From IMG/VR virus record IMGVR_UViG_3300033121_002338, positions 1-64,000 of that record: a DNA stretch of 64,000 nucleotides. One strand, written 5' to 3'. The translations under genes were made by a program, and so were the position numbers. Origin of the DNA: a virus. Taxonomy: Duplodnaviria; Caudoviricetes. Under the pieces are notes generated by a model. The model saw only the letters and a list, made by a program, of their open reading frames with translations, did not search any database and had not been told where the DNA came from. Positions 27,126 through 35,981 of the stretch are shown piece after piece. How positions within the stretch are numbered: the first letter of the stretch is position 1; every line of letters starts with the position of its first letter.

Positions 27126-27592
27126 TGATCGTCCACGGGTGTGTCGCAATGGGTTTCTGTGAATTGGTCGCTCATGGCTTGGTTGCTAGTCTCGAAGCCG
27201 CGGTCCCCTGTGTGGTGGAGGCTCCGTCTGTTGAGCCAAGCGACTGGGCCAATGTTCACATTCAAGGGCTGGGCAATGAATCAGCCACAATCACAGTTTG
27301 GAATGGACGATTGTTACTGGCTAAATTCAATAATTCGCTTCGTTATCGGCAGATACGGCGCGACTGTGCCTATAATTGTTGCGGTCGGATTTTGAATAAG
27401 CCGCTGCACGATCCGGAGGCGATCGATTGGATTATTGCTCAGGTGATTCGTGTGATTTTGAAAGACCATTCTTGTTTATATAATTTCGCGACTGATGCTG
27501 CCAGGCGGCAGTTGCTGTGGGAAACATGGCGCTTGGACCAGAGAAATTTTGCGTTTGGTCGTCCGCACTACTTGCATGAGGGGTTGTTTTGA
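27107..27592 (+). CDS. hypothetical protein
   Basis: 161-aa ORF coupled to the next gene; the start is uncertain. Confidence 0.5.
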   Translation: MFCVWLMIVHGCVAMGFCELVAHGLVASLEAAVPCVVEAPSVEPSDWANVHIQGLGNESATITVWNGRLLLAKFNNSLRYRQIRRDCAYNCCGRILNKPLHDPEAIDWIIAQVIRVILKDHSCLYNFATDAARRQLLWETWRLDQRNFAFGRPHYLHEGLF

Positions 27593-28359
27593 ACTGGATT
27601 GATCAGATCGGGCAGCATGAATGCAAGGTCTTCTCCCAGAACGGCGAGGACGGCGTCATCGAATTTATCTTCGCCAACATTGGCACCACCAATAAACGCT
27701 ACGTCGAATTCGGTTGCGACGGCGGCCACGAGTGTCAGGCCCGTTACCTTACTGAACAGTGTGGTTGGTCTGGGTTGCTGATGGATGGGGGTGATTGGGG
27801 GCCGTCAGTCACGAAAGAATTTATTACCGCCGAGAACGTCAACGACATCTTTATTAAGTATGGTGTTCCGAGAGAACCCGACCTGCTCTCCATCGACATC
27901 GACGGCAACGACTACTGGGTTCGTAAGGCCCTGATGGATTACCGGCCGCGCGTTATCGTTCATGACTACAATGGTCTGTTCAAGCCGCCCGTTTCCATCA
28001 CGATTGCCTATGATCCACAGTTCGTGTGGTCCGGTAACGACTACGCTACCGCGAGTTTGGCGGCTTTTGTTAAGCTCAACAAGACTATGGGCTATACCTT
28101 AGTCTATTGCGAAAAAAATGGGGTGAATGCTTTCTTTATCCGCGACGACCTAATCAAGGGGCTCAAAATCCCAGCTATGGAGGACCTGTGGCGACCGCTG
28201 TTGATCCCGCCACGTGACCCGGTCCATGAGTGGCGAAAGCGTTGGGTTGAGGTGGTGCTAGAGGGAGGGGTTCTGGTTGAACGGGTTTTGGAGCCCACTC
28301 CCTGGTTGGTCGATCATCCGTTTAGAAAGTCTATCCCTGCTGATCGTCTATTGCGATAA
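27589..28359 (+). CDS. FkbM-like SAM-dependent methyltransferase
   Basis: VFSQNGEDG...YVEFGC...GWSGLLMDG...FITAENVN...DLLSIDIDGNDYW...RPRVIV. Confidence 0.8.
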   Translation: MNWIDQIGQHECKVFSQNGEDGVIEFIFANIGTTNKRYVEFGCDGGHECQARYLTEQCGWSGLLMDGGDWGPSVTKEFITAENVNDIFIKYGVPREPDLLSIDIDGNDYWVRKALMDYRPRVIVHDYNGLFKPPVSITIAYDPQFVWSGNDYATASLAAFVKLNKTMGYTLVYCEKNGVNAFFIRDDLIKGLKIPAMEDLWRPLLIPPRDPVHEWRKRWVEVVLEGGVLVERVLEPTPWLVDHPFRKSIPADRLLR

Positions 28360-28396
28360 TTGGGGTGCAATCCAAATTTGGATTGCACCCCAATTA
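28357..28396. terminator. perfect 40-bp palindrome between convergent genes, probably a bidirectional terminator
   Basis: taattggggtgcaatccaaa|tttggattgcaccccaatta. Confidence 0.7.
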
Positions 28397-28398
28397 GT

Positions 28399-29424
28399 TT
28401 ATTCCTTGAGGGTGATGCCGAAGGCGGCGTAGTCGTCGCCGAAGGTGGTGGCGGTGATCTCTTCGCTTGGTGTGTTCACGCCGATTTTGTAAACGACCCA
28501 GAAGCCGATGTCGGTGGAGTCGATGGAGCCGTCGTAGCGGTTGATGGCTGTGACATAGCCGTCCGCCGGTACCAGGTGGTCGTCGAAGTTGTTCAGTTGC
28601 ATGAAGGCGCCGACCGCCATGTCGCCGTTGGTGTTTACCGTGATTGCGCCGGTCGTCCATGTTGTGGGGCCGGCACCTTCGCTGGTTGAATTGCTGTTGT
28701 AGCCGTCGTGTGGTGGGTTGGAGTTAGCACCGAAACATTCCAGGATGCCCAGGACAGCCGACGAGTCGCCGGAAGTGGTGACAGTGATCGTCCCTTCGTT
28801 GCCGCTACTACCCACTCTCTTATACCACAGTGACAGGCTTCCTTCGTGGACATTGAGGAAACGGCGGTAACTGCCCACTTGGGTGAAGGCGCCGTCTGCA
28901 TTGCTTACGGAAACAGTGATATTTGAGTAGGAACTCTTGGTGGCCACGAATGCCAGGAGCAGCGCCCCTTCGGTCGGTTCCGCGATGCTGTGGTTGATGA
29001 TACCAGGGCCGAACGACTTGCCATAACTGCTGGCCTGTCCAGGCTCCACCAGTGGGTCCTCGTCTGAGGGCGGTGGCGGGGGCGGCGGTGGTGGCGGTGG
29101 CGGTGGCGGGGGCGGTGGTGGGGGCGGTGGTGGGGGCGGTGGCGCCGGCGGGGGCGGTGGCGCCGGCGGGGGCGGGGGTGGTGCTATGACTTCTGATTCG
29201 GTGAAGGTTGGGCCGCTGTCGCGGTTATAGCCGAGTAAGTGCAAGCGGTGAGTTTCTAGGAACTGTTGGATGGTTCGGTAGATGCTGCTGGTCTTGTCTA
29301 TGGTGTCGGCCCACATTCGCACCTGGTTCATGTTGACCCGGTGCTTGAATGTGATTTCCGCGGCTGTGTGGCCGTTTTCGATGTCAGCTATGATGGCTGC
29401 CAGGATACTCAGTTGGTTGGCCAT
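28399..29424 (-). CDS. poly-proline-linker protein with a C-terminal beta-rich domain
   Basis: 341 aa: a short helical N-domain, a tract of about 35 Pro, then a Thr/Ser/Gly-rich domain resembling phage tail or fibre domains. Confidence 0.65.
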   Translation of the reverse strand: MANQLSILAAIIADIENGHTAAEITFKHRVNMNQVRMWADTIDKTSSIYRTIQQFLETHRLHLLGYNRDSGPTFTESEVIAPPPPPPAPPPPPAPPPPPPPPPPPPPPPPPPPPPPPPPSDEDPLVEPGQASSYGKSFGPGIINHSIAEPTEGALLLAFVATKSSYSNITVSVSNADGAFTQVGSYRRFLNVHEGSLSLWYKRVGSSGNEGTITVTTSGDSSAVLGILECFGANSNPPHDGYNSNSTSEGAGPTTWTTGAITVNTNGDMAVGAFMQLNNFDDHLVPADGYVTAINRYDGSIDSTDIGFWVVYKIGVNTPSEEITATTFGDDYAAFGITLKE

Positions 29425-29437
29425 AGCTCTGTGCCAT

Positions 29438-29461
29438 TGGTGGTGGTGGTGGTGGTGGTGG
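29438..29461. repeat. (TGG)8 microsatellite
   Basis: Eight perfect TGG units 13 bp upstream of the 29424 start. Confidence 0.85.
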
Positions 29462-29500
29462 TGCTAACTTGTAACTTTGCACAGAGAACAGAAAGCAATG

Positions 29501-29866
29501 TTAGGATTGCTGTTGGAGGGTTGCTCTGGAGTCTAGGTAAGCGTGTAGTTCGAAGACGAAGTTGCGCGGGATGTGCATATAGTTGTCGTTTACGATCGCG
29601 ACCACCGCTTGTCGCACACTGTCGAAACAATTTGGATCGGCATAGTCTATGGTGCTGTGAGCGATTCTTCTGCCATCGTAGTAGATTATGATAGTAGGCA
29701 AGTGGATATCATATCTCCACTCGTCGAAATAGATACTGATGCTGAGTGTCGTTCTGCCGAGCGGAACGATAATTCCGTATTTCTCGATTGTGTATGCGAG
29801 GTTTTCCTTGTCTAATTCTTCACCCACTCCATGGGCGAGAGCCGCAATGAGTTGTTCTTCGCTCAT
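29501..29866 (-). CDS. hypothetical protein
   Basis: 121-aa ORF overlapping the end of the upstream nuclease region. Confidence 0.55.
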   Translation of the reverse strand: MSEEQLIAALAHGVGEELDKENLAYTIEKYGIIVPLGRTTLSISIYFDEWRYDIHLPTIIIYYDGRRIAHSTIDYADPNCFDSVRQAVVAIVNDNYMHIPRNFVFELHAYLDSRATLQQQS

Positions 29867-29872
29867 CTTCGC

Positions 29873-31408
29873 TCATTTTCCATGGTAGAGGAAACACAGT
29901 TTTGGTCCTCCCCATTTCTTGATGTACCCATACTCGGCCGCGAATTCTGACTCGGTGAGTTTTAGATTCACGGCCCGGTTGTATAGGGTTTTCTTGTGCA
30001 TAACGTAGCCATCCTTGTCCGCATACCAATAATCGGACTGGGTGGTGTGGTGTAGCTTGAAATTGGAGGCCTTATAGACCGTCCCCAGATGTCCGACGGT
30101 GGTGTCGGCGAAAGCGACGACGACTTGATGGTCCTTTACTAATCTAGCTAGCCACCAACTGAGCAGATTCTTTTTGTGGTAATTCGGATGGACGCACAGT
30201 CTGGCTAATTCGACGGCTCCGTTTGGAAATTGGTGCGCCATATTCTGCCGCGGCAACGGCCCGAAACGGCTAACCGCGATTAGTGTATCGCCGAGCCATA
30301 GACCATAATCGGAGCCCCCACGCGAAGCTCCCAGATAGTGATACTTGGTTAGGAATTCGTTTGATAGATTGCGGTCTATCCGGGCGTGTTGCAACTGGCC
30401 GAATTGATAATCAACCGTGTCCGGCTTGATGCCTAACTTGGTCTTCAGACGATCCAGAACGCGATCTTTGGCTGAGAATTCGTGTTCCCAGATATACATG
30501 ATCTCGTATTCCGGGAAGTAGCGGTTTATGTAGGTGAATTTCGCCCGATCATTCCTTATGGTTTTGGGTAGTGAATGCCAATAATCGCCCTGGCATTCGA
30601 TCAGCAACGATCGCCCGTGTGCAGTAGCAATTTTACAATCGAAGACATAAAATCCGACGGTTGTGTCTGGGCCTTCTCGAACGTAATTGACTCCTAGGTT
30701 GTCGAGATATTCGTAAAGTGATACTTGTAGACTGCTGATGCGTGGTTGCTTGCTCCTCCCAACCGCCCATTTTGCCCTCTGGGCTTCGTCTGCCCACAAC
30801 TCAGTCATTGTCCGCGATATGGCAATCTTAATCCGTTCTCTGTAGTCGGCATCTTGCCAGCGCCGGTTATTCTCGACACCGACTGCAACTCGTCGTTCTG
30901 CAGTGAATGAGTCTTTGATGGACTCGGACACCAATTTCTGGTATTCTTCTCTGTCCCATAATTCAGATGACAGTTTGGCCCGATTTTCCCTGGCCTGTGG
31001 GTCAGCCCAGAATTTCAAGAGTCGTTCGACAATCTCTTTGCGGTTATCCAAACACCAATCACGTAGCTTGCCGACCATCGCTTCACGGTATGCGCCGCCA
31101 GCCCATCTCTCTCGCATTATGATTGAATGGGCCGCTCTGCGTTCTGGGGTCCATGCCTTTGTGATCCCACTGCTTACAGCAGCGGCGTACTCTTGGTCTT
31201 GCCACAATCGGCGTGAGTCGGCTGAGAGATCTCTGGTGGAGGAACGGTCGTAGCTTCCCCTCGCTCCGGCTTCTTTTCTGCTGCATCCCCCACATTTGAA
31301 GATGCCGTGGTTCCGTTTACGGTTGGCGTTGGCACTGTAGGAACGAATCTTGATTGGAGTTTGACAGAGGTCACAGCCGATGATGACGAATGGCCCGTTG
31401 TGTGACAT
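29873..31408 (-). CDS. Zn-finger/NUMOD3-like + Vsr/DUF559-like endonuclease + Mom-like GNAT fusion
   Basis: CDLC...CGGC; YVFDCKI...IECQGDYWH...NDRAK; FLTKYHYLG...ELARLCVHP...NLLSWWLA...AFADTTVGHLGTVYKASNF. Confidence 0.85.
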   Translation of the reverse strand: MSHNGPFVIIGCDLCQTPIKIRSYSANANRKRNHGIFKCGGCSRKEAGARGSYDRSSTRDLSADSRRLWQDQEYAAAVSSGITKAWTPERRAAHSIIMRERWAGGAYREAMVGKLRDWCLDNRKEIVERLLKFWADPQARENRAKLSSELWDREEYQKLVSESIKDSFTAERRVAVGVENNRRWQDADYRERIKIAISRTMTELWADEAQRAKWAVGRSKQPRISSLQVSLYEYLDNLGVNYVREGPDTTVGFYVFDCKIATAHGRSLLIECQGDYWHSLPKTIRNDRAKFTYINRYFPEYEIMYIWEHEFSAKDRVLDRLKTKLGIKPDTVDYQFGQLQHARIDRNLSNEFLTKYHYLGASRGGSDYGLWLGDTLIAVSRFGPLPRQNMAHQFPNGAVELARLCVHPNYHKKNLLSWWLARLVKDHQVVVAFADTTVGHLGTVYKASNFKLHHTTQSDYWYADKDGYVMHKKTLYNRAVNLKLTESEFAAEYGYIKKWGGPKLCFLYHGK

Positions 31409-31473
31409 CTCTGGCTGCCCGTCAAGGAAAAACTATTGTAGGATTTTTACCCCAATACATGGCTGGAGGCTGT

Positions 31474-31548
31474 ATGCCAGGGTTCAACATCATGCCGTAT
31501 GGCGGCGGCTATTCAGCCCAAGGCCCGTCAAATACGGCTGAGACGAGG
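31474..31548 (+). pseudogene. orphan first 25 codons of the tail tube gene
   Basis: MPGFNIMPYGGGYSAQGPSNTAETR with its own RBS (ggagg). 25/25 aa identical to 33088-33162, with 14 nucleotide differences, all synonymous. Confidence 0.95.
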
Positions 31549-31652
31549 GGATCTTCCAAATTGATGTTGAAGAAAGCGAAGTTGTGCGGCTTGTCCGCCC
31601 AGTTGAGCAGCACTTGTGTGCTTCCGTTATTCATACCCCGGTATAATTTCTT

Positions 31653-33032
31653 CTAGCTCTTCTGGTGTAGGAAACACAGTTTTGGTCCTCCCCATTTCTT
31701 GATGTACCCATATTTGTCAGCGAATTCGGCCTCGGTGAGTTTCAGGTTTACAGCACGGTTATAGAGGGTCTTCTTGTGCATCACGTAGCCATCTTTATCA
31801 ACATACCAATAGTCAGACTGGGTGGTGTGGTGTAGTTTGAAATTAGCTGCCTTGTAGACAGTGCCCAGATGCCCCACTGTGGTGTCGGCGAAGGCCACAA
31901 TGCTCCTATAGCCAGACATCTTGATCGCACGCGAAACCAGCCAACTTGCGAAATTATGCTTGTGGTAGGAAGGATGGATGCATAATCTGGATAACTCGAT
32001 CGCGTCGGCTGGGAGTGCTTGATGGTTCTGCCGAATTAGTCGGCTAAAGAGCACGCACCCAATCACTTGTTGTTGGTGTCTGGCTACAATCGCTCGGCCA
32101 CCACGTGAACCACCAATATAGTGGTATTGATCCAGGAATGATCTCACTTCCTTGCTGTCAGCCTCAGCAACTTCGATCTCCTTGAACGAGAAGGTGACAG
32201 TTGGGATAGCGATGCCGAGTTTTAGTTTCAGCCTATCGAGGACACGGTCTTTGGTGCCGAATTCGTGCTCCCAGATATACATGATTTCGTGGTCTGGGAA
32301 GTATCGATTGATGTAGGTGAATTTGGCCCGGTCCCTAGCTGCAGCGCCTGGTAATGAATGCCAATAATTACCTTGGCATTCGATGAGGAGTTTTCGGTCG
32401 TTAGGGCGTTTGACTAGGCAGTCGAATACATAATGGCCGATCGCAGTTGCTGGACCTTCCCGTTCGTAACTTACTCCCAGATCGCCTAGGAATGAGTATA
32501 ACGCTATCTGCAGGCCTGAAATGCTCGGTTGGTTGGCTCTGATTACGGCCATCCGCATTCGGTATTCATCATCGGCAAAGCGTTTTCTGGCTGCCTCGCC
32601 AACAGCTAATCTATAATTCGGGTCTTCGAGGTACCGCTGGTGAAGACCAGCGGAGATTCTAGCACGCGCCTCTAGACTGAGCAAGGCCTCAGTTACTCCG
32701 GCTGAGACTCTTTTCTTGTACCCATCGTCTTTCCATAATTCGCTGGTCCTGGTCGATTGTGCTGCTCTATATTCATCGGTCGTGTTGGCGGCCGTAGATG
32801 TGGCAGTGATCTTAGCTCTGAATTCTGGCCGGCTCCACAATGCCTTGCTCTGTGCCGATCTCTTCTCTGGGGTGTGGCTAAATTTGCCAGCCTTGCCCGC
32901 CTTGATGGTGCAGCAGTGGTGGCAGGTGTAGACTCCATTGCGTTTTACGTTCGCGTTGTAAGTGTCGCCTCTGACTTCCCCCGACCATCCGCAAGCACAA
33001 TTCGCCGGCTTCTTCTGTTTGGATGGTCTCAC
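31653..33032 (-). CDS. Zn-finger/NUMOD3-like + Vsr/DUF559-like endonuclease + Mom-like GNAT fusion
   Basis: Likely GTG start at 33032; CACG...CHHC; YVFDCLV...IECQGNYWH...RDRAK; FLDQYHYIG...ELSRLCIHP...NFASWLVS...AFADTTVGHLG. Confidence 0.85.
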   Translation of the reverse strand: MRPSKQKKPANCACGWSGEVRGDTYNANVKRNGVYTCHHCCTIKAGKAGKFSHTPEKRSAQSKALWSRPEFRAKITATSTAANTTDEYRAAQSTRTSELWKDDGYKKRVSAGVTEALLSLEARARISAGLHQRYLEDPNYRLAVGEAARKRFADDEYRMRMAVIRANQPSISGLQIALYSFLGDLGVSYEREGPATAIGHYVFDCLVKRPNDRKLLIECQGNYWHSLPGAAARDRAKFTYINRYFPDHEIMYIWEHEFGTKDRVLDRLKLKLGIAIPTVTFSFKEIEVAEADSKEVRSFLDQYHYIGGSRGGRAIVARHQQQVIGCVLFSRLIRQNHQALPADAIELSRLCIHPSYHKHNFASWLVSRAIKMSGYRSIVAFADTTVGHLGTVYKAANFKLHHTTQSDYWYVDKDGYVMHKKTLYNRAVNLKLTEAEFADKYGYIKKWGGPKLCFLHQKS

Positions 33033-33087
33033 GGTGGCTCCGAGAAAATCTAATATAGTAACTTTCCAGGTCGAGCAGAGGGCGAAA

Positions 33088-33672
33088 ATGCCAGGCTTTA
33101 ATATCATGCCCTACGGCGGGGGATACTCGGCCCAAGGCCCTTCCAATACGGCTGAAACGCGCAGGAAGCATCGCTGGGTTTTCGAATCGATCGGGCGAGG
33201 TACTGGGGCCTTCTCCCAGTCAGAGTTGCTGTTCCTGCAGAGCGCCTCGCGCCCCAGCTTTAAGTTCGAGGAAGCGGACCTGCACCACAACCAAGAGGTG
33301 GCCCGGTTTGCTGGTAAGCAAGACTGGGACCCGGTCACGCTGACCTGGTATGATGTCCAGCAAGACCCCGACGTGTCCCGCGGGATTTATCACTGGATCG
33401 AGACTGTGGTTAACATGTTCTCGATTAAGGTGGCTCACCCCCGTCTTTACAAGCGGACCGCCAGCCTGTTGATGATTGACGGTGCTGGTCAGACCTCTGA
33501 ATCGTGGACCATGCTGGGGACCTGGCCCTCGAACTGTAACTGGCAGGAACTGGATTATGCTTCGAATGATATTCTTACTATCGAAGCGACCATGCGTTAT
33601 GACCGGGCGGTTCGGAACTGCGTCGGTGCTCCGGCGCCGCAACCGATCGCGCCAAACTGCCCACAAATCTAA
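33088..33672 (+). CDS. tail tube protein (T4 gp19-like)
   Basis: ETRRKHRWVF...RPSFKFEE...GKQDWDPVTLTWYD...WTMLGTWPSN..WQELDY...IEATMRYDRA. Confidence 0.85.
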   Translation: MPGFNIMPYGGGYSAQGPSNTAETRRKHRWVFESIGRGTGAFSQSELLFLQSASRPSFKFEEADLHHNQEVARFAGKQDWDPVTLTWYDVQQDPDVSRGIYHWIETVVNMFSIKVAHPRLYKRTASLLMIDGAGQTSESWTMLGTWPSNCNWQELDYASNDILTIEATMRYDRAVRNCVGAPAPQPIAPNCPQI

Positions 33673-33690
33673 GGGTTTGTAGGGTAAATC

Positions 33691-33720
33691 TAAGAGGGAG
33701 GCCAAATGGCCTCCCTCTTA
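33691..33720 (+). terminator. hairpin between tube genes 1 and 2
   Basis: 14-bp stem taagagggaggcca-aa-tggcctccctctta. Confidence 0.55.
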
Positions 33721-33744
33721 GCGTATTTATTGCTGGAGAAATGA

Positions 33745-34317
33745 TTGCCAGGCTTTAATATTCAATTTGCGAGCGACTGCGGCGTGGCCCCCGAGAGCAA
33801 CGGGCCGGCCAATACCGTGGAGACGGCACGCCGCCACCGCTATTCATTAGAGGTCCTGGAGCCACTCGGCAGACAAGATAACGGCATTCTGCTGTTCCTG
33901 GAGCGTTGTACCCGTCCCGCCGTTGAATTTGATAAGATCGTTATCCATTCCGGCCAGGATGAGATTGCACGTCCCGGTAAGACCCACTGGAAAGAAATCG
34001 AATTCAGCTTTTATGAAGCTTTATCTGGTCAGGACAATGGTTCGTTGGAGAATCAATGTGCGAGCTTGATTTATGAGTGGTGGTCGAGCACCATGTTGGA
34101 TGTTTCAACTAGTACCTTCCGGGCTCCTGGTGATTTTCTCAAAAACGCACAACTACAAATGCTGGATGGTGATGGCTCTCCTGTCTGGTCTTATCACATT
34201 TATGATTGTTGGCCGCTGAAGGTGTCGCCGTCGGAGTTGGCTTACTCGGATTCTAATATTGCCACTATTTCGGTTACACTTTGTTATTCGCGCGCTCGCG
34301 AAATAAACGAGAGGTAA
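33745..34317 (+). CDS. tail tube paralogue (gp19/gp54-like)
   Basis: MPGFNI...ETARRHRY...RPGKTHWKEIEFSFY...CWPLKVSPSELAY. Confidence 0.8.
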   Translation: MPGFNIQFASDCGVAPESNGPANTVETARRHRYSLEVLEPLGRQDNGILLFLERCTRPAVEFDKIVIHSGQDEIARPGKTHWKEIEFSFYEALSGQDNGSLENQCASLIYEWWSSTMLDVSTSTFRAPGDFLKNAQLQMLDGDGSPVWSYHIYDCWPLKVSPSELAYSDSNIATISVTLCYSRAREINER

Positions 34318-34332
34318 TCAGAGGAGACGGCT

Positions 34333-34911
34333 ATGCCGGGCTTTGTTGTGCCGGGGATCGGCGGCGGCTTCTCGCGGGCGCCTAGCAGCCGGCGCGAATA
34401 CTACTATAATTATACCTGGGAGGTTGAGAATTTGTTCCAGGGTCAGAGCCCGGATGGTTGGAGTGATCCGAATAGTCCGTTGATTGCGTTGCGGGACGCG
34501 ACCTTGCCTACTTTTACGGTTAACAAGGAAGTCCATGCCGGGGCGAGCGTTGAGTACAAGTATGCGAAGAGTGTGACTTGGGACGACATCAAGATAACCT
34601 GGTACGATTCAGACGGCCTCCTGGAAGTTATGAGGAAGTGGCGTGGGAACATCTGGACTCAATCGCATGGCCTTGCTGATGCCGATCATTATAAGAGACG
34701 TTCTGAGCTTTCTTATTATCTGCCTACCGGTAAGAAACGGAATTCCTGGTTATTGAGAAATTCGTGGCCGAGTCAGATTCGTCATGGGGAATTGACGTAT
34801 ACTTCTAGCGATGTTAAATTGGTTGAGGTGACGGTGACATATGACTGGGCTATTGAACGTCCTTCGTCTGAGGACACCTCTTCGGTTGGCACGTTAACTG
34901 GCGTGATCTAG
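34333..34911 (+). CDS. tail tube paralogue (gp19/gp48/54-like)
   Basis: MPGF...TLPTFTV...VTWDDIKITWYD...SWPSQIRHGELTY...VTVTYDWA. Confidence 0.8.
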   Translation: MPGFVVPGIGGGFSRAPSSRREYYYNYTWEVENLFQGQSPDGWSDPNSPLIALRDATLPTFTVNKEVHAGASVEYKYAKSVTWDDIKITWYDSDGLLEVMRKWRGNIWTQSHGLADADHYKRRSELSYYLPTGKKRNSWLLRNSWPSQIRHGELTYTSSDVKLVEVTVTYDWAIERPSSEDTSSVGTLTGVI

Positions 34912-34979
34912 GGATTCGCCGCCCGGCGGTCTCGCACAGTAGTTAGCAAATAGAGGCCAATCTCTATTGTGGGATCACC

Positions 34980-35981
34980 ATGCAAGAAATCGATCTGAAT
35001 TCAAATGCTCCTATTAAGCCGGAGCCGGCAGCGGCTACCGGCGCCGAGACCAACCAAATCCGCGAAGCAATCTCAAACCTCAAGTCGTTGGTCAAGCCTG
35101 GTCAGACTAACGAAGAGTTTGTAGACAGCCTAATCAACGCTCCAGAATCCGCACTTCTACAATGGGAGAATTGCGAATTGCCGTCCCGCGGCCTCTATTA
35201 CGGTTGGTCGGACGGGATTGTTAAGGTTAAGCCGATGGGTCAGATGGCTGACAAGATTCTCGCCACCGAGCGGTTGGCCCAGAGCGGCCAATCAATCGAC
35301 TTCCTGTTCCGCGAGCACTGCCAATTCCCGGCTGGTTTCGATCCGGTTAACTTGCTGGTCGGGGACCGGGTTTTTCTGCTCTACTTCTTGCGTGGGATCA
35401 CCCACGGTAATGTCTATGAGTTTATGTTCACCTGTCCTAACAAGGACTGCAGTGATACTAGCTCCCATCGATACGATTTGAATGAGTTGGCCAAGACGAT
35501 TGTTTGGGCTGACGATCGTCTGGGGGCGGAGCCTTTTAAGGTGGTCCTGCCCTACTTGTCCAAGGCCTCGGGGCGCGAAGTCTGGGTTGGGGTTCGTTTC
35601 TTGCGTGCCGCCGACGCTAACGAGATGTTGGCCCGGCAGCGAGCCAAAAACAAGAATTCGCAGTCTGGGGCGGTCCGGACCCGCAGCCTCTCCTCGTTGC
35701 GTGGCGGCGGAGCCGGCCAGGTTCGGCAGGAACTGGACGAAACCATCACCCAGAATCTAGAGAAGATCATCGTTAGCATTATGGGGGTGGCGGATGTCTT
35801 CGCTATCCGCCAATTCATCCCGAAGATGCATGCTCAGGATACCGCTGCGGTCCGGGAATGGTTGCGCGAGCACACTCCTGGTATTGACGCTACGGTCGAG
35901 ATTACCTGTCCAAAGTGCGAACAAGTCTTTACGATGGAACTTCCCATCAAGGAGTCGTTTTTTCGCCCAGCGAAGTCATGA
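34980..35981 (+). CDS. baseplate hub / tail assembly chaperone (T4 gp26-like)
   Basis: LPSRGLYY...VKVKPM...LLVGDRVFLL..LRGITHG...CP..C...PGID..VEITCPKC...ELPIKESFFRP. Confidence 0.75.
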   Translation: MQEIDLNSNAPIKPEPAAATGAETNQIREAISNLKSLVKPGQTNEEFVDSLINAPESALLQWENCELPSRGLYYGWSDGIVKVKPMGQMADKILATERLAQSGQSIDFLFREHCQFPAGFDPVNLLVGDRVFLLYFLRGITHGNVYEFMFTCPNKDCSDTSSHRYDLNELAKTIVWADDRLGAEPFKVVLPYLSKASGREVWVGVRFLRAADANEMLARQRAKNKNSQSGAVRTRSLSSLRGGGAGQVRQELDETITQNLEKIIVSIMGVADVFAIRQFIPKMHAQDTAAVREWLREHTPGIDATVEITCPKCEQVFTMELPIKESFFRPAKS

